NCBI GenBank assembly: GCA_963758915.1
Contig: CAVWXH010000009.1
Span: 237,712 to 301,711, forward strand
DNA: 64,000 nucleotides
Reading direction: 5' to 3'
Source of the DNA: an uncultured Methanomicrobiales archaeon
GTDB taxonomy: Archaea > Halobacteriota > Methanomicrobia > Methanomicrobiales > Methanospirillaceae
Shown here: piece by piece, positions 51,279 through 64,000 of the stretch
Position numbering within the stretch: the first letter of the stretch is position 1
Layout of the letters: every line of letters starts with the position of its first letter
The notes under the pieces: generated by a model
Database searches by the model: none
What the model was told of the DNA's origin: nothing
The model's input: the letters and a program-made list of their open reading frames with translations, nothing else
Program-made: the position numbers and the translations under genes

Positions 51279-52371
51279 ACGTGGGTGTACAGAAGAGGAG
51301 ATTTTTTCCTACCTCTCTTTAAAGCGGGGAGAGGACACAAGCCACGATTATATCCTGAGTTCCATGTGCACAGTCCCTCACCCTGTCGCGGTGAAAGCCC
51401 ATAACCTTTTCATGGAGACTAATCTTGGAGATCCAGGTCTTTTTAAGGGCACCGCTGATATAGAACAGGCCCTCATCCTGCGGCTTGGCACATTATTTCA
51501 TGCACCAGGGGCCTGTGGCTATGCCACATCGGGAGGGACCGAGTCCAATATCCAGGCACTCCGGATGGCAAAGGCCTGCAAAAAAAAGCACAGGCCTAAT
51601 GTTGTCCTCCCGGAGTCAGTGCATTTCTCGTTTCGGAAGGCCTGCGACATGCTGGGTCTTGATATGCATACGGTCCCCCTCAATGCAGAGTACCGGATGG
51701 ACGCGGGCGATGCAGAGAAGGCAATCGATGAGAACACCTGTTGCATCGTCGGAGTTGCAGGAACAACAGAATACGGCATGATTGACCCGATTCCGGAACT
51801 GGGGGAGATTGCATCGGACCATGACCTGTTTTTCCATGTCGACGCGGCATTCGGGGGCCTCGTTATTCCCTTCCTCGAACACCATGAACCGTTTGATTTC
51901 CTCGTGCCAGGGGTCAGCAGCCTTGCGGTCGACCCGCACAAGATGGGGATGAGCACAATCCCTGCCGGTTGTCTTCTGGTACGCGAGAAGGAAATGCTCT
52001 GCGCACTCTCGATCGATACGCCCTACCTCTCGGTAAAACAGGAGTTTACACTTGGGGGAACCCGCCCGGGCGGCCCGGTGGCCGGAGCGCTTGCAGTGCT
52101 TGATTACCTGGGTTCGGAGGGTATGGAGGCCGTTGTGCAGGGATGCATGAGCAATACCTGGCGGTTAATTGATGGGATGGAGACATTCGGATTTGCCCGC
52201 GCGGTAACCCCGGATGTCAATGTCGCCACATTCAACGGACCAAAAAAAGTGCCGCCCCCATGGAGGGTATCATGCACACGAAAGGGACACCTCCGGATTG
52301 TATGTATGCCACATGTCCACCGGGACATTATTGAAAAATTCATCAGGGATATCGGTGAAACCCATGCTTGA
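51271..52371 (+). CDS. mfnA: L-tyrosine/L-aspartate decarboxylase (methanofuran biosynthesis)
   Basis: [42 protein letters not shown]. Confidence 0.93.
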   Translation: MHKRGCTEEEIFSYLSLKRGEDTSHDYILSSMCTVPHPVAVKAHNLFMETNLGDPGLFKGTADIEQALILRLGTLFHAPGACGYATSGGTESNIQALRMAKACKKKHRPNVVLPESVHFSFRKACDMLGLDMHTVPLNAEYRMDAGDAEKAIDENTCCIVGVAGTTEYGMIDPIPELGEIASDHDLFFHVDAAFGGLVIPFLEHHEPFDFLVPGVSSLAVDPHKMGMSTIPAGCLLVREKEMLCALSIDTPYLSVKQEFTLGGTRPGGPVAGALAVLDYLGSEGMEAVVQGCMSNTWRLIDGMETFGFARAVTPDVNVATFNGPKKVPPPWRVSCTRKGHLRIVCMPHVHRDIIEKFIRDIGETHA

Positions 52372-52912
52372 ACGTCTTGTAAAATCTTTGGAAACATGCC
52401 CGATTGTGAAGCGGGGGGAGTATAATTATTTTATCCACCCCATAACCGATGGCGTGCCGATTGTTGATCCCTCCCTTCTGCGGGAGGTTGGTGCCGCGAT
52501 GCTGAAAGCACTGGACTTAAACGGTGTAACAAAAATCGTCGTTGCAGAGGCGATGGGGATCCATATCGGCACGGTCCTCTCCCTGATGACAGATATTCCC
52601 CTGAATATTGTCAGGAAGCGGGAGTACAAGTTACCGGGAGAGGTGGCAGTCCACCAGGCCACCGGTTACTCAAAAGGTGAGTTATACCTCAATGGTATTA
52701 CCAGGGGCGACCGGGTTGTAATCATTGACGATGTCGTCAGCACCGGGGGAACGGTCAAAGCACTCTTACAGGCACTTGAGATTGCAGGGGCCGAGGTCAC
52801 GGACATCTGTTTTGCAATCCAGCGTGGGGAGCCTGAACTCGACCGCCCATTCAAGACACTTGTCCGGATTGAAGTCACAGACCGGGTGCGCGTGGTTGAT
52901 CGATACTTCTGA
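52364..52912 (+). CDS. hpt: Hypoxanthine/guanine phosphoribosyltransferase (archaeal)
   Basis: [36 protein letters not shown]. Confidence 0.92.
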   Translation: MLERLVKSLETCPIVKRGEYNYFIHPITDGVPIVDPSLLREVGAAMLKALDLNGVTKIVVAEAMGIHIGTVLSLMTDIPLNIVRKREYKLPGEVAVHQATGYSKGELYLNGITRGDRVVIIDDVVSTGGTVKALLQALEIAGAEVTDICFAIQRGEPELDRPFKTLVRIEVTDRVRVVDRYF

Positions 52913-53840
52913 ACTGGTCCGGAAATTAAGAGCTTCGGGGGTAACCAGGATTGCCCTCCAGTTCCCCGAGGGGCTGAAACGTAATGCCGTGCATGTTGCT
53001 TCAGCATTAAGCGATGCCGGGTTTTTTGTTGTTATCAGTGGTGATCCCTGTTATGGTGCCTGTGACCTGGCGACAGGGCTTCTGGAAATGGTGGAACTGG
53101 TTGTCCACTTCGGCCACTCGCCGCTGGATGATACCCCGTGTATTATGTATGACCCCTACCGGATGGACTTTAATACAGACGTGCTCGGACTCGCGATACC
53201 GCACCTTGTTTCAAGGGATATCGGGCTTGTCACCACAGTGCAGCATACCCATATGGTCCCGGTAATAACAGAATACCTGGAATCCCGGGGGATTACGTGC
53301 CATTCGGTGGATGGGGGGAGCCGTGCACCAAACCCGGGCCAGGTCCTAGGTTGCTCCTATGGGGCTGCCAGGAAGTGTAATAAAGAGGAGATCCTGTTTG
53401 TCGGGACCGGGCCAGTTTCACCCCCTTGGTGTCCAGCTTGCAACAGGAGCCCGTGTTGTGGCCCTCGACCCCTACTGCAGGACCGTTGAAGTTGTCAGTG
53501 CTGATCGATTTCTAAGGCGCAGGTTTGCCCTTATAGAGGTTGCAAAACGAGCAGAGAATTTTGGCATTATCCTGACTCTTAAAAGTGGGCAGCAACGACG
53601 GCAACTTGCAGAACGCCTTGCAATGATGAGGAAAGATACCTTTATCGTTGCGGTTGCATGAAGTCTCACCCGGATGAACTCCTGAACCTCGGTTTTTCCT
53701 GCTATGTCAATACGGCCTGTCCCCGCCTTGCCTACGATGACCAGGAACGGTTCTCTGTCCCGGTAATCAGCCCGCAGGAATTTGAGATTGTATGTGGTTC
53801 CAGGACATTTGAAAATTACCAGATCGACGAGATAATCTGA
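52896..53840 (+). CDS. dph2: Diphthamide biosynthesis enzyme Dph2 (frameshifts near 53410 and 53655)
   Basis: [39 protein letters not shown] across three ORF pieces. Confidence 0.9.
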
Positions 53841-53841
53841 A

Positions 53842-54461
53842 ATGAAACTTCGTCAGCTTGAAATGCTTCTCGAAAAAGTGGCAGGATTTTCATCCCCTGC
53901 GGCTCACCTGGAGCAGTATCCTACTTCGGCCCCGCTCGCGGCCAGGTTATTGTTCCATGCTGCCCAGAACGGGGATATTACAGGATAAGACCACTTGTGA
54001 TCTCGGTTGCGGTACAGGTATCCTCACCATTGGTGCAGCACTTCTTGGTGCGGAGCAGGTCAACCGGAATAGACATCGATGAAAAAGCACTTGAAATTGC
54101 ACGGCTCAATGCAGAGAAATTCGCAGTGACGGCCAGTTTTCTGCAGGCTGAAATTACATCTTCAACGAAACTTCCCGGCAGATGGGATACAATTATTATG
54201 AACCCGCCCTTCGGGGCCCAGGTATTGCATGCAGACAGGGTATTCATCGATTGTGCAATTGATGCGGGAAATGAGATTTACATGATTGCAAACACAGGCT
54301 CAATACCGTTCGTCAGGTCCTATGTAAAAGACCGGGCCAACATCCGGGAAACTATTGAGGCGGTGCTCCCAATCAGGCACTGTTTCCATTTTCATAGGAA
54401 AGAGGTCCGGAATATCAGGGTTGAGATAATTCACATGAACAGGTGTGCCACATCACAATGA
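53842..54461 (+). CDS. METTL5-family methyltransferase (frameshifted)
   Basis: MKLRQLEM.L...LEQY.T.A.LA, DLGCGTG, GIDID, MNPPFG, FHFH. Confidence 0.85.
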
Positions 54462-55628
54462 CGGAAAAATCCGGAGATACCGTACCTATTGTATGGCTTT
54501 CCGGAGCGCATGTCATTACCGACCTCTACCTTCCGGTGGTAACGGCGATCATCCCACTCCTTATCAGCACCTACGGGTTCTCATATTTCCTTGCAGGTAT
54601 GCTTGTCACCATCTACAATGTGACCTCTTCAATGATGCAACCGGTTTTTGGCTGGTTGTCCGATCAGTATGGGATTGTTATCCACATCTCCCTCTGTCTC
54701 CTGGTATCATCCGTATTCATCTCGGCAATGGGTCTTTCAGGTGATATTTATCTCCTCCTGCTCTTTGCATCGCTTGCAGCACTTGGCCATGCAGCATTCC
54801 ACCCAAATGCTTTTTCAATTGTCAACAGGTTATGTACCCCGGAAAACCGCGGTAAAATAACTTCCTTTTTTGTTGTCGGCGGAAACATAGGATATGCGGT
54901 CGGGCCACTCCTTGCCGCCGCTATTATCTTTTATTTTGGTCTTTCAGGGCTTCCATTGCTTGTAATTCCTGCACTGCTGATGGCAGTTGTTCTCTGGAAA
55001 TCGTTTCCGGTGAATACTCGTATGACTGGTAAAACCAGGAGATCTTCAGCTGATAAGGTCCCCCTGGCAACATATCGACCAATTATACCTTTATTTTCAG
55101 CCTCTGCCCTCCGTGCCTGTGCCATTTTCTGTGCATTGGCATTTTTCCCCTCTTTTCTGATAAACCGCGGACTTGACCTGATATCCGCAGATATCCTGAT
55201 TTCCATGATGCTGCTTGCAGGAGTTGCCGGTCAGCTCGCCGGGGGGCATCTTTCTGATATATTCGGACGAAAAGAGTACGTCATTGCCGGGAGCATCCTT
55301 GCAATTCCTTCATTTTACGGGTTTATGTTCACCACCGGACTCCTTTCAGTAATATTCTCTTCTCGTGTTCGGCTTTGCCCTCTGGTCAGGGTTTGCCGTG
55401 ACGGTCGCTATTGCGCATGAAATGATCCCGGGAAAGGTGGCATTTACCTCCGGTCTCATGCTTGGGCTCTCTCTCGGTATAGGGGGCCTCGGTGTCGCGT
55501 TTTTCGGTCTCCTTGCAGACCAGTATTCACTGGCGGCTGCGCTCCAGTTGTTACCGCTCCTGATCATTATCGCAGGAGTGCTGATTTACTTCCTGAAATA
55601 TCCATGGAAATCATGGCATGTTTCATAA
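54458..55628 (+). CDS. MFS transporter (Fsr-like), frameshift near 55360
   Basis: H...D.Y, QPVFGWLSD, AAFHP, GGNIG.A.GP, GGHLSDIFGRK. Confidence 0.85.
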
Positions 55629-55788
55629 AGGTATCCGGTTAAGACCTGGTGCCGGTGAATTTGCGATCAGGCACTCCCTGAAAACCGGGAATTGCCCCGT
55701 TCAGCCGATTCGGGTCAATCACCTGAAGCATGTTCCGGGCTTATGTTTTTTAAGATTGAAGACCATATAACATGGAGTTTGGTACATT

Positions 55789-55968
55789 ATGGATAAAATG
55801 GGTATTGCAGCATTAATATCCGGCCTGGTATTGATCGGGCTTGGTATCTATGGTATAGTTATATTCCTTCCGGAAGTCGTTTTCGTTTTAAAAGGTATCA
55901 TAGGTATTATTGGTATCCTTATCGGCATTTTCCTTGCAATATTTGGTGTTTTACTGATTAAAGATTAA
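55789..55968 (+). CDS. Small membrane protein (59 aa)
   Basis: Read manually: MDKMGIAALISGLVLIGLGIYGIVIFLPEVVFVLKGIIGIIGILIGIFLAIFGVLLIKD, two TM helices, followed by a T-run. Confidence 0.75.
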   Translation: MDKMGIAALISGLVLIGLGIYGIVIFLPEVVFVLKGIIGIIGILIGIFLAIFGVLLIKD

Positions 55969-55981
55969 TAATACTTTTTTC

Positions 55982-56238
55982 CACTCTGTACAAATCCAAT
56001 CAGATCTATCTTGCAGATTCACTCATTCCGGAATTTAGTCACGCACGCGGGGCTCAGCCTCGCCGCTTTGTCAGCCCCGTTTGGGATAGGCTATGATCTC
56101 AAAATCTCGGAATTTTTCTTTGAATGTCCAAATTGAACCCTAAACAAGAGTATCATAACAGGAGTGGGGCAGGCAGGTGGTGAAATACCCACCAGTCTAT
56201 GTGCCACCTCTTTTTTTATGCAGGGGAACTACAGAGCC
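55982..56238. mobile_element. MITE-like element (diverged copy 2)
   Basis: Colinear with 34248..34507 (ATCTTGC.GATTC, TTAGTCACG, CGGGGCTC..CGCCGCT, GTGGGGCAGG..GGTGAAA, CTCTTTTTTT..TATGCAGGG). Ends CTCTGTA...TACAGAG. Confidence 0.6.
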
Positions 56239-56297
56239 CTTTTTTCAAACGTCATACCCAAAGTGGATTCAGGCTCCCGCATGTTTCTTTATCAGGA

Positions 56298-56438
56298 TCA
56301 GATGAACCATGATAGTACCATGGCAATTACGACGGCAATAATAATCCATTTAAGTATTGTCCATGCTATTTTCCCGAGAAAGCCAAGGATAACAAAAATT
56401 ACAGCAATAATTAGCAGAAGGATCAACAGGTTAATCAT
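56298..56438 (-). CDS. Small membrane protein (46 aa)
   Basis: Read manually: MINLLILLLIIAVIFVILGFLGKIAWTILKWIIIAVVIAMVLSWFI, with AGGAG upstream. Confidence 0.65.
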   Translation of the reverse strand: MINLLILLLIIAVIFVILGFLGKIAWTILKWIIIAVVIAMVLSWFI

Positions 56439-56668
56439 AATTCCAAACGCTCCTTACACATCATGTATTGCTGACTATAAAAGCAAGCACCTCGGGGATG
56501 AAAATTACCTAACCAGTTTATGAGGCAGAAACCGGGTTAATTTTCCAATAATCACTAAATCCCCGGTATTGCAATTTCACAGTCCCCGCTTTTTTAAAAA
56601 AAATTAATGGTACAAGGCACTCTGAAATCCTTCAGATAGCGGAAAAAAAGGATACATGGTAAAATGTC

Positions 56669-57115
56669 TCATTCCCCCAGTTTGAGGTTTCCTGCAACAA
56701 ACTTTGAGGTAAACGTAAATACTGTAATTTTCCACCCGCCATCCTCTGGTACAAGGCTGAGGTCATAACTACCTACGAACAATTTTGTGTTCCGGTTAGA
56801 CCTGTTTGGAAGATAATGGTAGGCAATACCATAACAGAATACAATTGCCTTATTTTCCTGAAACCGGACAAGGAAATTTCCAACCTGGTGATGAATTGCC
56901 TCGAGGCATTCAAGACCTTCCTGCCAGTCCCGGATGATCTGATCACACGATAGTATTTCCGGGTTTCCTTCGGTTAAGGTTGTATTAAAAAGGACCTTTT
57001 CAGTAAAACAGGCCCTGACTGCATCCCAGTCCCGGTTATCTATACTGACGAATAATGTTGTCACAGCCTCGATGACCCGTTCTCTCTCCGTAGCTAGCAG
57101 CGGTTCTCCGGTCAT
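56669..57115 (-). CDS. SnoaL-like/NTF2-family protein
   Basis: D.RDWD....F, HHQVGN, G.Y...L....GGWKI. Confidence 0.85.
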   Translation of the reverse strand: MTGEPLLATERERVIEAVTTLFVSIDNRDWDAVRACFTEKVLFNTTLTEGNPEILSCDQIIRDWQEGLECLEAIHHQVGNFLVRFQENKAIVFCYGIAYHYLPNRSNRNTKLFVGSYDLSLVPEDGGWKITVFTFTSKFVAGNLKLGE

Positions 57116-57446
57116 GGTATCTTCACTCGTTGTTATAAGAGGTATAGGGTAAAAAAAGGTGTTATAAAATGTTGATATTCATTAACGTCCGGAACCGGGC
57201 TATTCACCAGAGACAGTGCCGGATGAATAAATACTTTGGATTGGCAGCATTTGTGGAATAATCCGATGGCACACCGGGCGGTTGAAAAAAAGGCAAAAAA
57301 AGCCTATTGATTATCAGGTATCATTTAGATCTGACTCTGGTGCACCCATTTCTGATGCAATGATACGAAAATTGCTTGAGCAAGAGCTCAGGCTCTGTTA
57401 ATGTAGATTAATAAAATAAAATCACTTCTTTTCGATGTAAGAAGGG

Positions 57447-57569
57447 TAATAGCAGCGAAGTAAAGTTCCCGAGGACTCGCGTACCTCAGTACCGTAGACT
57501 ACGTGAGTTGGCTTAACTGCTGGGTTCGGAATGGGTCCAGGTGTTCCCCAACTGCTATGGCCGCTATTA
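57447..57569 (-). rRNA. rrf: 5S rRNA (ends approximate)
   Basis: GCGGCCATAGC...CCCATTCCGAACCC...GTTAAGC...GTACTG; terminal helix TAATAGC/GCTATTA. Confidence 0.95.
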
Positions 57570-57574
57570 CCCAA

Positions 57575-57646
57575 AGCCAAGGTCCGGATTTGAACCGGAG
57601 TGTAGCTGATCTGCAGTCAGCCGCGTGGCCGCTCCGCCACCTTGGC
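57575..57646 (-). tRNA. tRNA-Cys(GCA)
   Basis: GCCAAGG...CCTTGGCT acceptor with U73, anticodon arm CTGA-CTGCAGA-TCAG, TTCAAAT T-loop. Confidence 0.97.
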
Positions 57647-57732
57647 AGCCGTGTAAGGCGCCAAATACATATAGTGTGTATTTGAATTATAGGTTTGCAC
57701 TTCAGGATTTCGTCTAGGTTTGACGTGGTGAG

Positions 57733-60633
<2,901 letters not shown>

Positions 60634-60751
60634 AATACTAATGCTCCGTCAAACCTATTTAACGTCCTGAGTGCAAACCTATACACGGCTTCTTCAGGTC
60701 AATGACCTTCAGCCCTTCCCTGGAAATTTGCATATCCAGGTGCATCGAAAG

Positions 60752-60825
60752 TGGACTCAAAGGGATTTGAACCCCCGGCCTCCGCCCAAGCAAAGGCGGC
60801 GCTCTTCCAGCTGAGCTATGAGCCC
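60752..60825 (-). tRNA. tRNA-Ala(TGC) in the 16S-23S spacer, atypical anticodon loop
   Basis: GGGCTCA/TGAGTCC acceptor with G3:U70. The loop reads TTTGCTTG instead of TTTGCAA. Confidence 0.8.
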
Positions 60826-60894
60826 TGTCCTTGTTGACACCGGCAATTTTACAGTTTGTTTAGTAACCGCTTGACTCCCCTAAGTTATTTCATT

Positions 60895-62361
<1,467 letters not shown>

Positions 62362-62474
62362 TAAGTAATGCACACTATCGGTTTTAATTTTGAAACTTTT
62401 GAGGAATTAGCGGTTACTAAACAAATTTCCGCATTGCCGATATCAACGTCAGAACCAATTTCGGCACAGGGGCC

Positions 62475-62672
62475 GGGTGTTTGGTTCTCCATCTACAGAG
62501 GTTACTAATGTTGACTGTGTAGGTATATAATACTGTTTATATGATTTCCAGACGGGATTTTAACCCCGTTCTGTTGACCATTTCCAGTGTAATCCGAACC
62601 AAGCCTGTACCTTGCAGGGTGTTTGGTTCATCATTATCGAGGCTTACTATGTTACCATTATGAGTATATAAT
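62475..62672 (-). promoter_or_regulatory. Tandem rRNA operon promoters
   Basis: Two similar ~55-bp blocks (GGGTGTTTGGTTC...GAGG.TTACTA.TGTT...GTATATAA) giving TTATATAC TATA boxes on the minus strand at ~62523-62530 and ~62663-62670. Confidence 0.65.
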
Positions 62673-62977
62673 GGCTTCCACCTATCGTTTCATGAGGGTG
62701 AGGAGGTAGGCATCAAAACGATTCACACCTTTCACCAACAAATGAAGTATCAGGGCTAATTCCGGTTGTACCGGGTATTTAGTCCATCATTCGTGCGGGA
62801 AATAAAGTTGTTTTTTGTTCTATATGAACATTGTTGCGAAGGGAAAATATCCTGCATAGCGTACAAAGAAAAAATTGTTAATAATTTCCAGTATTTTGAA
62901 GAAATTCGTTCGCTATTCCGGTATATAGGATATAATTCAGCACGTTATCATGGCATCCAGATAACCATGCAACGGGA

Positions 62978-63700
62978 TTATTCTCCGGCACGCGCAAGTG
63001 GTATAATGAAGAGGTCTCCGAGAAATTCTTCCTGTTCCATCAGGATATCCCCCTCAAACATGAGGAAGAGAAGAGGGATGTAAACTTCCGGAATGCTCCA
63101 GCCTAATTTTTCAGTAATCTCTGTAAGGGCGATTCGCTCATTGCCAGGGCATGCTTCCGTGCAGCAGGACAGCACACGTGAGGCTGCCACCTGGTACCCT
63201 TCCTCGTGTGCGATGCTGACGACATCATCTGCATCAAAATATTCGTCAGGACCATAAGAACTGAGGCGCTGCCTCCGTCTTTCCTCTTTCTCCGCGTTCT
63301 TCAGCTCGGTAATCAGCTCATATAATGTAATAGGATGTCTCCGGAACTGCTTCCTTTCAAGCCTGCGCTTGATCTCTCGTTCCAGCCGGTCGACCGGGCC
63401 AAGTCTTCCGCTCACGTCCCCGTCGATATCAAAGTCAAAATCGTCAGTATCATCTGCTGTTTCATCATTGTCAAAGCTGATATCGACCTCCTGTGCCAGC
63501 TGCTCAAGGTGGTCAGACTTCATCCGGAGTAATATTGCGGCATAGAAAAGTGTGCGCCCGGAGATACGGAGGTCCAGCTCTTTTCTCCGTTCAAGTTCCG
63601 ATAAAAACCGGTCTGTTACCTCAACAATATCGATATTCCAGGGATCTATCTCCCCCCGCTCGGCCATCTGGACAAGTATTTCGACAGGCTCCTCAGCCAT
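62978..63700 (-). CDS. scpA: Segregation and condensation protein A
   Basis: [32 protein letters not shown]...Q.EF.G; directly downstream of smc. Confidence 0.93.
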   Translation of the reverse strand: MAEEPVEILVQMAERGEIDPWNIDIVEVTDRFLSELERRKELDLRISGRTLFYAAILLRMKSDHLEQLAQEVDISFDNDETADDTDDFDFDIDGDVSGRLGPVDRLEREIKRRLERKQFRRHPITLYELITELKNAEKEERRRQRLSSYGPDEYFDADDVVSIAHEEGYQVAASRVLSCCTEACPGNERIALTEITEKLGWSIPEVYIPLLFLMFEGDILMEQEEFLGDLFIIPLARAGE

Positions 63701-64000
63701 TCACTTTCACTCCGGTAACCAGCGTACTCTTATCTGAACGGACTGTTACACCCATGATACGGTCAGCTCCTTCAATCATGGGTTTCCTGAGCGAAACGAT
63801 GATAAACTGGGAGGTACCTGCACTCTCGCGGATCATCTTCGCGATACGTTCCGCATTAGAGCCATCAAGAGACATGTCCACTTCATCAAATGCGTAAAAT
63901 GGCGCGGGGATATATTTCTGGATTGAGAAGATGAATGCAAGAGTAGTAAGTGACTTCTCACCCCCGGACAGTGAATTCAGTAGGTGTACTTTTTTATCCC
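63693..64000 (-). CDS. smc: Chromosome segregation protein SMC, C-terminal end (runs off the window)
   Basis: [18 protein letters not shown]...[15 protein letters not shown]...QFIIVSLR. Confidence 0.93.
   Translation of the reverse strand, partial: DKKVHLLNSLSGGEKSLTTLAFIFSIQKYIPAPFYAFDEVDMSLDGSNAERIAKMIRESAGTSQFIIVSLRKPMIEGADRIMGVTVRSDKSTLVTGVKVNG

Noticed and set aside
39-55628. Programmed frameshifting or Sec/Pyl read-through to explain split genes
   Set aside because: The breaks are frame changes at unrelated sequences in unrelated genes, not in-frame UGA/UAG, and I saw no shared slippery motif.
56164-56523. 119-aa plus-strand ORF
   Set aside because: It is the antisense shadow of the 46-aa membrane protein and overlaps the MITE-like element.

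Overview
Archaeal DNA from a methanogen. The 16S rRNA, mfnA, nreA, PGF-CTERM-type proteins and a sheath-protein homologue point to Methanomicrobiales, probably Methanoregulaceae-like. About the first 30 kb is a molybdenum/tungsten acquisition island. It holds a ~1,790-aa secreted mosaic protein (repeated sulfite-oxidase/molybdopterin-binding-like folds, PKD, DUF4430-like, cohesin, dockerin), three more surface paralogues and a Moco-fold lipoprotein co-oriented with wtpABC. It also has a TupA-WtpA fusion lipoprotein, a separate tupBC, a MOT1 transporter, a Mo-storage-like protein, a MobB-MoaE-like fusion and a GntR-like regulator with candidate operator repeats. The remainder is housekeeping: DNA ligase, nreA, gmd/manC, two histidine kinases, tRNA-Val, serA, ppsA-mfnA-hpt-dph2, an rRNA operon (16S-tRNA-Ala-23S-tRNA-Cys-5S), scpA and the 3' end of smc. 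Two diverged copies of a ~260-bp MITE-like element are present. Many genes carry single-base frameshifts that look like long-read indel errors. All family assignments come from motif recognition, not from database searches.
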